NCBI RefSeq assembly: GCF_018977255.1
Contig: NW_024704742.1
Span: 76,758,001 to 76,822,000 of the forward strand
DNA length: 64,000 bases
From: Callorhinchus milii
Taxonomy: Eukaryota
Reading direction: 5' to 3'
Under the pieces are notes generated by a model. It was not told the origin of the DNA. It worked only from the letters and a program-made list of their open reading frames with translations, and made no database searches. Below, piece by piece: positions 1 through 11,360 of the stretch. The first letter of the stretch is position 1; each line of letters begins with the position of its first letter. Made by a program: the position numbers and the translations under genes.

Positions 1-127
1 AATGTAAGGATTATTATTATTATTAAGAACTATTGAAAATAATTCCAGGTGATTCTATAATGCTTTCCATTGGTTAATTACACAATTAAATGTGCTTTCA
101 TTTTCTCTATACACATGTGCTTACACC

Positions 128-842
128 TTACAAGATCACAAGATTGGTTTGGAAGAAGAAAGCCCTTTAGTCCATCTGATTTAATCACTGCAGAACATCC
201 ACCCTAATGTGCCCCCATCACTACATCAAACTGTTTTTTAAATGAATCTACCACCTTTCCTGGCAGCCTGTTCCAGTCGTTGACTATCCTCTGCATAAAA
301 AACGCTTCCTGGTATTTGTCCTGAAATTCCCCTTTAAACTCTAAACCTACACCCTCTTGTTCTACTATTATGATGCATTCTAAAGTATCGATCTGGGTTT
401 ATGTTTTTAATCTCAGTTAAAATATACACCTCTATGAGGTCTCCTCTGAGTCGTCTTTTCTCAAGGATAAAGAGCCTGAGAGAATTGTTGCTCACAGCTC
501 GTTGCTCTAACACTGGGGATCCTCCTCGTTGCTCTCCTCTGCATTGTTTCTAAGGCCTGGATAGCCCCCTTGTGTCGCAGTGACCAGAACTGTATGCAGT
601 AAAAAAGGTGCGGCCTGACCTGAGCACTCTGCAGCCTGAGAATGATGTCGGAGATCTAAAGTCAACTGATTTACCATTATAGCCCAGCGTCTTGTTTGCC
701 TTGTTTATTGCTACCTCACATTGTTTTGAGATAGTGAGCGACTAGTTAACTAACACCCCTAGATCTCTTTCAGCTTCCCCCTTGGCAAGTTCAGTCCCAT
801 TCATGGAGTACTTGTGTTTCCTATTCTTGGATTCTATTTGTA
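128..842 (-). mobile_element. CR1-type LINE 3' fragment (related copies ~4700-4970 +, 9500-9890 +, 20210-20530, 29310-29880 -)
   Basis: Recurrent acaagaggacat..tttaaa..ttcaggacaaat..aggaag motif, typical of the CR1 ORF2 C-terminus (TRGH..KL), shared among copies. Confidence 0.8.
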
Positions 843-1206
843 TGGTTGACACAAGCCACAAATTGCACCCAGTGACATCAATTTGTTCTGATGTTGTATA
901 CATTGCTGGGAAATATTGTTATGCACAAATTGGTTGCCACATTTGCTTACAAAATACAATACGCACTTTACAGTAAGAATCCAGGGAAGTTTTCTGAGAT
1001 GTCCTCCCGATGTGAAAGGTGCTTATACCAAAAGGATTATTATTATTTATTGCATGTCTCTCAGTCATAAGAATATGGTTCCACAGACCCAGGTTTCAAA
1101 TTTCCAGTGAATAATTTCACACAGTACAGGTCGCAACATAGAATGACAAAATACATGGACTGTCTTAAACTTTGAATTTTCATAGTGAATAGAGAGAAAT
1201 ACTTAC

Positions 1207-1276
1207 TGAATTGTCAAGCCAGAGGATAAACCTGTCATCGTCACTGGTCACCCTGTAGTGCTTTATGGCTGCTTTA
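1207..1276 (-). CDS. STAP1: STAP1 coding exon 7, SH2 domain (KAAIKHYRVTSDDDRFILWLDNS); gene continues beyond window start
   Basis: CAG/GTAAGT boundaries, 70 nt, phase-compatible; IKHY motif. Confidence 0.92.
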
Positions 1277-1753
1277 CTGTAATGTAAAATAATTCTCTTT
1301 AGTCCCATCTTGAGCTGGACTGTGATCACTCTTACTATGAAGAGTTAAGAGGTGCTATGTTTATTTCTGTGCAGAGATTGTCTATGTTTTTATGCTCATG
1401 TTCGAGATTTAAACCAGTGGATATATGCTGCTGAGAACAAAATATCTGAATCCACATTCTGGTACTAGAATATTAAAGTTACAGATGAGGCTTTGTTTTC
1501 AAAACTCTATCCCTGGTCTGCATTAGAGGTCTTCCTTTAAATAGCCATTCTGATTTCTGTCCGATCCAATTTAATCCTTAGAGTCTTTTCAAGCCTAGGA
1601 AACTCCTGTCTCACTGGGAAAATCAGTATACATGTTATGTGTTTCCATCTCGTGTACTATGACTCCGAATACACTTTTACAGTATTTACAGTGACTGGGG
1701 GCAGGGATTCTTGCCACTTGGGTTCTGTTAACTGGGTAAGTCATAGCCCTAAG

Positions 1754-2012
1754 ACAGGGCGAAACCTTGGGCAAGTTTCCTTACTCCACACGCCTAATAA
1801 TAATCCCTCCAAAAAAAAAAACAATAATTAAATTGGTCATTTTCAATCTACGACTGTTTGTGGGACATTGCTGTGCGCAATTGGCTGCCGCGTTCGCCCA
1901 CAAATATACAGTCAATTCACTTTACAGTGTGTTCTGTGAAGCGCTTTGGGACGTCCTCCCGACGTGAAAAGCGCTATATCAAATGCAAGGATTATTATTA
2001 TTATTATTATTA
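1754..2012 (+). mobile_element. 5'-truncated young SINE
   Basis: Lacks the tRNA head; otherwise near-identical to the 24784-25112 copy. Confidence 0.9.
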
Positions 2013-3784
2013 ATGGGGGGGTGGGGGTCGAGCTGGACAAGTAGTAGGAAGTAGACTGGTAATGGCAAGTTGCAAAGTTTTGGTTGGATAAATTCCAGCA
2101 GTGTCGCAATAAACACGCTGAGGACTCCATATCTTGTCTGTTGTGCCTAATGCTTTCCAGGATTAAGTGACCAGGGTGAGCCTATTGTGATTATGTGCTT
2201 ATCGAGAGTACATTTCTCCTTGGTGATCCCAATCAATGCTGCTTATATGTGCAGCAATTAAATGAAATAATGTTTCCGGACAACAGGAATTCCAGTGACA
2301 GTGAAGAATGGTCACATTACTCATGTTTAATGAGGAGCAGAATATTTTGATCCTTTTGTTTACTGTAATCCAGCTGCTTTGTTGATGCAGTGAAATTTCT
2401 CTCTTGGACTGTGAGAGGATTATTGAGTCAGCACACTATAGCTCAAAGAGAGTGCAAATAAGTACACATGATTTCAGGGCATTGAGATCTTACCCGGCAG
2501 TTACGTTATGAAGGGAAATGGATTTGAGACCCTCTCATTCTTTCTTTCCACTGACTTCCAAATCTCCTATATAATAAGTGGAGAGATGTCAAGCAGACAT
2601 CTAAATGTAATTTGGGATCTTGTAAGATTAGTACGTAAAATGAGATTAGGACAGTCATAAAACTGTCCTTCATTCAGCCTTAATTGATGCTAAAGTATCA
2701 GATTGCCCCAGAAAGGCCAGGGGGATAGTTGGTAAACGAGATTGAAATGTTGCACTGGTTACTCAACTAAGGTGGGGTTGGAGTACAAAGGTTGTTACTC
2801 TGCACCACACAATGCTACACCATGGTATTCCAATGCTTGGAGTATGTGGTGTGGATGCCCAAATTTTCCTAGCTTAGACTATGAGTTGAAAGTCCCGACA
2901 TGGGGTTTCTGACTTGGGGGTGAGAGTGCTCCCAGCTGAGCCTTACACCTAATCTTAGGCAGATTTGCCTGATCAGCCCACGTCCTCAGGTCTGGGCCAA
3001 CTGATCAGGAAATTCAGGTATCAGGATCACGGAGAGCTCGGATTTTGCACTTCTTCACAAGGTGATCGCTAAAAAATTATTATAAATGAACAAGAATTAA
3101 GTTAAAGATAAAACTAAGTCCGTGGCCTTGTTTAAGTCCAAGATGGCTTTAGATGGCTGAGAATAGATAAATGGGAGAAAGCATTTTCCAGAAGTCAGTG
3201 GGGTGGTCATCCCCAACCAAATGATTACCCCAAGACACAAACAGATTGCACAGTCTATCCTTGTGATAATCATCACCAGCAACAACAACAACAACTTGCA
3301 TTTGTATAGTGCCCATCACACAAGGTAGTGTCTTGGAGCTCTTTACAGTGGTGGAGCCTGACACCGAGCCCAGGAGTAGGAAGGAGAAGGTGAGCGTAAG
3401 CGAGATTGAAGAGGAAGTTAATTACCACACACTGATAATTATTATCACATTGAACAGTTACTAAATGCTGATAATTTAACCCTGCAGATTCAGTTAATAC
3501 TCACTAGATTCTATGAGTTTGTCAGTACAACAGAAATTTCCAGCTGCCAATTTTTTTTGACTAAAGTTGAACCACCTGTTTTGCAATCTAATGATGTGTC
3601 AGCAGCTTCTCTGATTTTCCCATCCAGCTGGCAGCTTCACATTAAACAATCCAGTTTGCCATTAAAATGTCACAACTATTCAGCAGTAAATTCAATCGTC
3701 CAACATCTTAGGTAAACAAAAAAGACCCTCAGCCTCAATCCCAGGGTCAGTACACCATTCCAAATCCATAGCTACTAAACTTAC

Positions 3785-3919
3785 CCGTTTGGTGGAATTA
3801 GAGTAGAGACTGAGTAGTTCATACTGTTGTTACTAGCAGGTCTTATGATCAGGCTCCCATTCTCAGGGTGCCTCTCAAGCAACGTCTCAGCCTCTATCCG
3901 AGAAACTGTGTAGTAACAC
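3785..3919 (-). CDS. STAP1: STAP1 coding exon 6, SH2 domain (CYYTVSRIEAETLLERHPENGSLIIRPASNNSMNYSVST)
   Basis: TAG/GTAAG boundaries, 135 nt, phase 2-2; resembles CFYTVSRKEATEML..GNMILRP; SH2 betaB Arg retained. Confidence 0.95.
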
Positions 3920-5015
3920 CTAACAAAAAGAGGCAAAGGTGAGTGCAGGCTCCAACTGAAACTTGCAACAAAATTATAGCCCGGGGACAGGAAGGGGTCG
4001 GAGATATGGTTCCAGGCTGACAATGAACAAATTGTCCAGAGGACTTGCTGGTTTCTGTGCCGCTGGTTTGGGAAGGAAAAAGGGAGAAAGATGGAAAATG
4101 CCTCTCTGAGGAGGATAGGAGGCAAAGGCTAAGGTTAAACAGGACATGAAGACAGACAGAGAGAGGGTGAGATGCAAGGGGTCAAAGTAAGGAGTTCCAG
4201 AGGTGAGGGGTGTAAAATTAGAAAGCTGGCCACCAATGGTGGTACAGGTAGAATGGGGGGGGGGGGGGGTACATTCTGTTAATTACCCTCTGTGTAAAGA
4301 AACATTTCCTGGTTTCTGTCCTACAGTTCTCTTTCACAACTCTGAACATATAACAACAACAAATTACATTTGTATAGCACCTTTGCACCTTTCACATCAG
4401 GAGGACGTCCCAGGGCTCTGACCACTCGTCCTGCTCTCTGTGCTGCTTGTGAGGCCTGAATGTTTATAACCTTTTTCACAGGACTCGGCACCAGGAATAA
4501 AATCAAGTTTTACCATCTTATATACCATTGGATAATATACCCAAATGATTAGGATCATTCCAGATTTAGGCTCAGTTTGTAGCACTCTCACCTCTGAGTC
4601 AGAGCTTATGGGTTCAAGTCCACATCGGGAATTGAAACCCATTGGGCCATGCTGACACTTCAATGCAGTGCTGGGGAATTGAAAACTTAAAATCAGTTCA
4701 ATATTTTAGGATGTATCAAGACAGTAGAACAAGAGGACATAAGTTTAAAGTTGTCAAAGTAATTTCACGACAGATGTCAGGAAGTTTTTCTTTACGTAGA
4801 GGATAATCAATGACTGGAACTTGTTGCCTGGAAAGATGGTAGAAGCCCAGAACATTGGACTAATTTAAAAATCAGCTTGATGCAGTGATGGAAGGATGGG
4901 AGGATAGGTGTTCTGGAGGAATGAGATCAGATGGGCTGAAGGGCTTTCTTCATCCAGACCAATCTTGTGAATTACAAATGCAAGGATTATTGATGCAAAC
5001 GTCTACTTTACATAC

Positions 5016-5191
5016 TCTGGCATGGAGTTCAATGTATTATCGTACACCCTTGCTTCAGGCTTGTCTACCAGGCTGTCCTGCGATTCTGGAGTTGCTGCTA
5101 CAAGTGCCTGTCGTTCCTTTTCATGTTCAAGAATCTCTTGGAGTTGGAGAATTTGCCCAGGGAGTAGAGACAGGCCAGTGGGAACTTCCAG
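5016..5191 (-). CDS. STAP1: STAP1 coding exon 5 (LEVPTGLSLLPGQILQLQEILEHEKER...YDNTLNSMP)
   Basis: TAG/GTATG boundaries, 176 nt ending in phase 2; SLLPGQ motif typical of the STAP family. Confidence 0.95.
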
Positions 5192-5761
5192 CTAGTAGAG
5201 TATCACATTATGCGTCAAATATTCATCCAAACAATTGATACTTACCACTTAGTATGGATATATATTAGTATTTTATGTGCAAATAAAATACATTTCATGT
5301 TGAATACATTTCAAACTTACAACATCTCGTGCTGAACCTTGTATGCTAGGTCAAAGGTAACAAAGCATGTCTCCCCTGACCACTGTTTCTGAATTGCCAC
5401 GTTCATAAAACTATTTGATTCTGTCCCAAGTTCTTAGTTAATATATTAATGGTTTTCAAAATGTTTCAGTTGTCACTTATGAAAATAAAACACATAAATT
5501 ATTAAACAAGAACACTTAATTATGTGGCTGACCCCACACGTCAAAAGTCCTTACTCATTAGTTGGGCCAATAGAAAAGTGTGGCCACCATTTTTCTGTGG
5601 AATCCACTATAAGCAGCGTCCTCCGCTATAAAGGGTAGTGAAGCGGTCCTGGGAGGAACGATCCCCAACACTATTGTGGGAGGAGCGGCTCCGGACACAC
5701 ATGCACGGTGCGAGGCAAGCGGGAAATGGACCTCGCACCACTTGGAGGCTCCGCTGTTGTG

Positions 5762-6470
5762 ATTGTCTGTGTGTCTCTCTCTCTATGTGTTTGTGAGTGT
5801 CTATGTGTGTGTGCGTGTGTCTCTCTCTGTGTTTGTGAGTGTCTATGTGAGTGTGTGTGCGTGTGTCTCTATGTGTTTGTGAGTGTGTGTGTGTCTCTCT
5901 CTCTGTGAGTGTCTATGTGTGTGTGCGTATGTCTCTCTGTGTTTGTGAGTGTCTATGTGAGTGTGTGTGCGTGTGTCTCTATGTGTTTGTGAGTGTGTGT
6001 GTCTCTCTCTCTCTGTTTGTGAGTGTCTATGTGTATGTGCGTATGTCTCTCTGTGTTTGTGAGTGTCTATGTGAGTGTGTGTGCGTGTGTCTCTATGTGT
6101 TTGTGAGTGTGTGTGTCTCTCTCTCTCTGTTTGTGAGTGTCTATGTGTATGTGCGTATGTCTCTCTGTGTTTGTGAGTGTCTATCTGAGTGTGTGTGCAT
6201 GTGTCTCTATGTGTTTGTGAGTGTGTGTGTCTCTCTCTCTATTTGTGAGTGTCTATGTGAGTGTGTGTGTGTGTCTCTATGTGTTTTGTGAGTGTGTGTT
6301 TGTCTCTCTCTCTCTGTTTGTGAGTGTCTATGTGAGTGTGTGTGTCTCTCTCTCTCTGTTTGTGAGTGTGTATGTGTGTGTGTGTGTGTGTGTCTCTCTC
6401 TGTGTTTGTGAGTGTCTCTGTGTGAGTGGGTGTGTCTCTCTCTATGTGATTTGGAGTGTTTGTGTGAGTG
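5762..6470 (+). repeat. Compound (TG)n/(TC)n minisatellite with a higher-order unit of about 115-120 bp
   Basis: Directly visible; adjacent 120-bp blocks are near-identical. Confidence 0.95.
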
Positions 6471-7329
6471 ACTCTATTCAAAAAGCCTTTTGCTTATATT
6501 CTGCAAGAAAATCCCTTAATAGGTAGGGTGGTCCTAGCTGGACAGCAGCAGGAAGCTTGCCAGACAGTACTCTGAATGGCAAGCTATGTAGTTTTAATTG
6601 GTTAGGCTCCATCAGTAACCCAGCACACACAGTTTGGCCCTCAAGCATCGGCTCTCACCAACTGTGCACAATACTAATAAGAATTAGGTAAGTCGGGTGT
6701 CTCCCTCCAGGGAGAAAGTGACATTCCATTCCAGGCAAAGGGGAATTTCCACGTGTAGGTGGTATACATAAGTAGAACACTTAATTCTGGCTTGGATACT
6801 CTTAAGCGTCATGTTGGGTTTCTGAATATGTCAGATACCCAGCTGACCAAAAAACAAAATGATTTTTTTATTGCAACCTAGTGAAGCTGTTGTGAGGAGG
6901 AACAGTGTGCATCAAGTGCATTTAGATCTTAGATGGAATGAGGTAGGAAAGTTTACAGCAACAACCGTACTATTGATAAAGTAGAGAATAATACACACAA
7001 TAATCTTTGAATTTGGAATCACCGTGTACTTGTAGGTAAACACGGCAGCACAATTGCACATATCAATGTTCCACAAACAGCCATGTTATTAGGGGGCCAG
7101 GATAACGGGAGAGAAACTCCTCTTTATGGTTGAGAAATTCAACAATTACTCATTTCCTAGAAATAACCAATGGATAGTCCTGCACATTATGGACCATGAG
7201 TTTGCTGGTTTGAAGCCCAGTCCGTGCTGAGTTTGGTGAACTCATATGGGGCTGGATGAAGAGACTCAACTAGCCCGGCCTTCCCAGTGTTAGGGAGGGG
7301 AAAACCACACAGGATTCCTACTCTATATT

Positions 7330-8487
7330 ACAACAACAACAATAACAAGATTATATTTGTATAGCGCCTTTCACGTCGGGAGGACGTCCCAAGGCACTGC
7401 ACAGAGTATAGCATTTCAGACCCGAGCTGGGATTGGGAGGGCAGGGGAAGGGGGTGGGCCGATGGGATGGTCGAAGAGGAGGGTTTTGAGGTGGGACTTG
7501 AAGGAGGCCAAGGAGGGGGCGAGGCGGAGTGATTAGGGAATGGAGTTCCAGAGGTTGGGGGCAGAGTGGCTGAAGGCTCTCCTGCCAATGGTGGGGTGGG
7601 TGGGTCGAGGGACGTGGAGCAGGCCAGAATCGGCTGAGCGGAGGGAACGGGCGGTTTGGTAGGAGGTCACAGAGGTAGGGTGGGGCGAGGCCATGGAGGG
7701 CTTTGTATGCGAGGACCAGGATCTTGAACTGGATCCTCTGAAGGATAGGGAGCCAGTGTAGTCGGGGGAGATGGGGTCATGGAGTTTGGTGCGGGAGAGG
7801 ACTCGGTCTGCAGAGTTCTGGATTATCTGCAGCCTGTGGAGGGAGGAGTTGGGAAGGCTGACAAGCAGGGCATTTGCATAGTTGAGCCTGGAGGTGATGA
7901 AGGCATGAACAAGAGGTTCAGCGGCCTGATGGGTGAGGTAGTGGTGGAGACGGGCGATGTTACGGAAGTGAGGGAAGGCAGAGCGGGTCACGGCTTGAAT
8001 GTGGGGGAGAAAAGACAGTTGAGGGTCGAACAAGACCCCTAGGTTCCTGACTGTCTTGGTGAGTTGCAGTGTGCAACCATGGAGGTTGATGTTGCCAGAG
8101 CCTGAGGTGCTGAGGCGCTGGTGTGAGCCAATCAGGAGGCCCTCAGTCCTGTTCACATTCAACTGTAGGAAATTTGCCCTCATCCAGGACTTGATGTCCG
8201 ACAGACAGTCTGTCAGGACAGCAGTGGTCCTGGAGTTGAGGGTGGAGGCAAAAAGATAGAGTTGGGTGTCATCTGCATACATGTGGAAGTTGACCCCATG
8301 TCTGCGGATGATGTTACCAAGGGGGAGCATGTAGATATTAAAGAGGAAAGGGCCAAGGACAGAGCACTGGGGGACGCCAGACATGACAGTGCGGGGGCTG
8401 GAGGAGAAACCGTTGGAGGCAACAAAGTGGAAACGATGAGAGAGATAGGAATCGAACCAGGCAAGGGCAGGTCCGTGAAGATTGACA
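7330..8487 (-). mobile_element. L2-clade LINE 3' fragment (RT C-terminal half plus tail)
   Basis: GVPQCSVLGP, YADDTQLY, RNLGVLFD; same 3' tail as the 11361-14188 copy. Confidence 0.93.
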
Positions 8488-8624
8488 CTACACTGTTTCT
8501 CTAGTAAAGTTTTGTTTCAAGCAAATATTTGATAAAAGTTCTTATCAGAGTTCAATGCACTCATGAATAATATGCTTCCAATCTTCATTACAAGAACAAT
8601 TCAAAAAAAATACAATGTTCATAC

Positions 8625-8681
8625 CTGAGAGACCACAGCAATGTAACCTTGCCATTCAATTTTGGTTTCAGTGCTTTCAGC
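8625..8681 (-). CDS. STAP1: STAP1 coding exon 4 (AESTETKIEWQGYIAVVSQ)
   Basis: CAG/GTATG boundaries, 57 nt; contains the conserved PH C-terminal helix Trp (human EEWRGFI). Confidence 0.93.
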
Positions 8682-10210
8682 CTGCCAACAAGAAAAGGGA
8701 AATTATATTTTGTGTATATAATTAACAGAATAGAAACACTTTTCACTGAAAGCACTCCTGATTAATGCCTGGTTGTATTGTAACCAGCAGTTGTAGCTTT
8801 GTTGCTGGAAAGGATATAGGCTGCTCTTGAAATCAAACACTCTTTGCTAATACATCACTCTGCTCTCCATTATCCTATCACCAACACTGCACAAGCACCA
8901 GAAAAACAAACAAATGAATGTTATCCTTCAAAAAATATACAAAGGACAGCAGGTATTCCGGGTCTGAAATTAACCTTGTGATTTTGTTGCCACTCATAAA
9001 TGGAAGCACTGCCTTATATTATTGCCTCGTTACTTACTGGAAGCCATCTATTGCATTATGTGTCACAGTTAAACTATCCGTCAATCATACCCAGTAGTAT
9101 CATTGGAAAGCCAGTAAAAATCATGCTTTCCTCTACACTGCTTTTCATTCTGAGTAAAATAAATGCACCTTATCGCTTCACAGAACATTGAATCTGAGAC
9201 ACTAAAACATTAATTCTAGGGTGAGTTCTCCTGATTCAATAACAACAAACAACAAATTACATTAATATGATGCCTTCAAATCGGAAGGATATTCCCAAGG
9301 CGTTGAATAAGGTGTTAGCCCGACTCATTTGGCAGCAGTCTAGCATTTTGAGTCAGATTGTTGTGAGTTCAAGCTTATCAGGAGCTTATAGACAAGGCTG
9401 GCATGTCTTGGAAGAGTGCTGCATTCTCATAGATGCAGTCTTTAGGCTTAAAATGTTAAACCAAAGTCCCACTTGGCTTGTTTAAGTAGATATTAAAGAC
9501 TTGGAGCAGAAGAAAACAACAAGTGTGATACCCAGTGTTGGGGGAATGAGCTATGAGCAACAATTTCATAACTGAAGGTTATTCAACCTGAAAAAGAGAT
9601 GTCTCAGAGGGGATTTTGTAGAGGTAAGTGAGATTTTAAAGGAGATTGAGAAAATAAACTCAGAACATATTCATCAAGACAGCAAAACAAGAGGACATAG
9701 GTTTAGGGTTGCAAATTCAGGACAGAAATCAGGAAGTATTTCCTTACCAAAGGGTAATTAAGGACTAGAACAGTTTACCTGGAAGGATTGTTGAGGCGGA
9801 CAACCCTAAAAACCAACTAGATGCAGTGATGGGAGTACAGTGGGTATTCTGAAAGGATGAGATCAAGGGAGCTGAAGTCCTTTTTAATATTAAGAGCTGA
9901 ATTGACTTCAGACTCCAAATCTTAAGAGATTATGAGGTATCATTGATCAGACTGGAGCATTAAGGGAACAGCTTCCGAAACCACCTACTCTAAGAATGCA
10001 GTGTCAGGAACGAGGCTCCAGCGAGACTTTCTACAGTCTCAGACACCATTTATTCTGCACATTAGTTATAAACAAATCAGGCCTCCCCCTCCGCTTCAGT
10101 CTGCTGCTGGAGACAATTTCCTTCACTTCAGGCAGCATAAACTGCGATGAGACCTGTATGTAAGAAAGATAACACTGAGATTGATGAGTCTGAAAAGCTA
10201 AAGCTGGTAC

Positions 10211-10321
10211 CTTTAACTGTATCTCCTCCTGTTCTAGTTGCAATGTGAATAAAACTGATCGGGATTCTCTACCGTTGTCATCCAGTGGCACAAGGGACTG
10301 CAGGTTCAGCTTTTCTGTATA
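10211..10321 (-). CDS. STAP1: STAP1 coding exon 3 (YTEKLNLQSLVPLDDNGRESRSVLFTLQLEQEEIQLK)
   Basis: CAG/GTAC boundaries, 111 nt; resembles YVDKLD...FTLVLPKEEVQLK. Confidence 0.93.
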
Positions 10322-10649
10322 CTGAAAAAGGATTTTACATGGTTATAGGAGGAATGATATGTAGGCCTCTGCATGCAGAAATATGTTATTGTAAGGAGTT
10401 TTCTGTTTCCAGTACAAATATCATATACTGTTTTATCCTTTCAAGGGCATTTACCTAATAATATTTGGCACACCTTTCACTGTTGGGGGAGAGAAGTGAG
10501 AGGACCCGGGTTTAATTCCTGGGCAGGGCGAAACCTTAGACATGTTTCCTTATTCCAAATGCCTCTGTTTACCTAGCAAAAAATAGGAACCTGGATGTTA
10601 ATTGATTGGCAGATCGCTTTCCGGGGAAAATTGTTTATGTGTCAGCCTG

Positions 10650-11078
10650 GTGCAGTAGTTGCACTCTTGCCTCTGAGTCAGAAGGTTGTGGGTTCAAACC
10701 CTATGTCAGGACTTGGAATTACATAGATTAAGTTGACACTCTAATGCAGTGCTGTGGGAGTGTTGCATTGTTAGAGGATGAGACGTTAACCTGAGGTCCC
10801 ATCTGTCTGTTCATGTGGATGTTAGAGATCCCATGTTACTTTTCTCCTGTGTACTGTCCAAAATAAAATTGATCACTTACTCCGTGGCTGTTTGTGGGAC
10901 ACTGCTATGCGCAACTGGCTGCCACGTTTCTCCCACAAAATACACAGTCAATCCACTTTACAGTATATGGCACTATATCAAAAGCCAGAATTATTATTAT
11001 CAAGCTATGAAGTGCTTTGAGACATCTCATCGATGTGATAAGGCGCTATATCAAATGCAAGGATGATTATTATTATTG
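10650..11078 (+). mobile_element. Older Deu-domain SINE (SacSINE1/AmnSINE1-like); other fragments at ~4568, 17158, 26500, 28070-28440 (-), 49135, 57370-57600 (-), 63430-63730
   Basis: ctctcgcctctgagtcagaaggttgtgggttcaa-type head and gatgagacgttaa..gtctg..gtgga..agatcccatgg Deu core; family name from recall. Confidence 0.75.
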
Positions 11079-11360
11079 AAACAGCCTGAATAGCTGTGGA
11101 GTGACGCAGTTCAGAAGTTACAAAGTGCAGAGTTTATAAAAGCCCTCGTAAAAAAATATTTATTATGATTGTACCTTTGGTCAACATTCTTAGAATCTTA
11201 TTCCTCTGCTCACTGCCTGGTGTTCCCACTGTGGTCTTTGTGAAGCATGAGGAGATGTTTATCCCATGTGAAAGCTGTTATGTGAGTGCAAGCTATCATT
11301 GTGCAAGTGTTGTTCAGTGAAGGAGGTCAGGAAATAATGCAATAATATAGAAAAAAATGT

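Noticed and set aside
5708..6526. Cys/Val-rich ORFs
   Set aside because: Microsatellite translations
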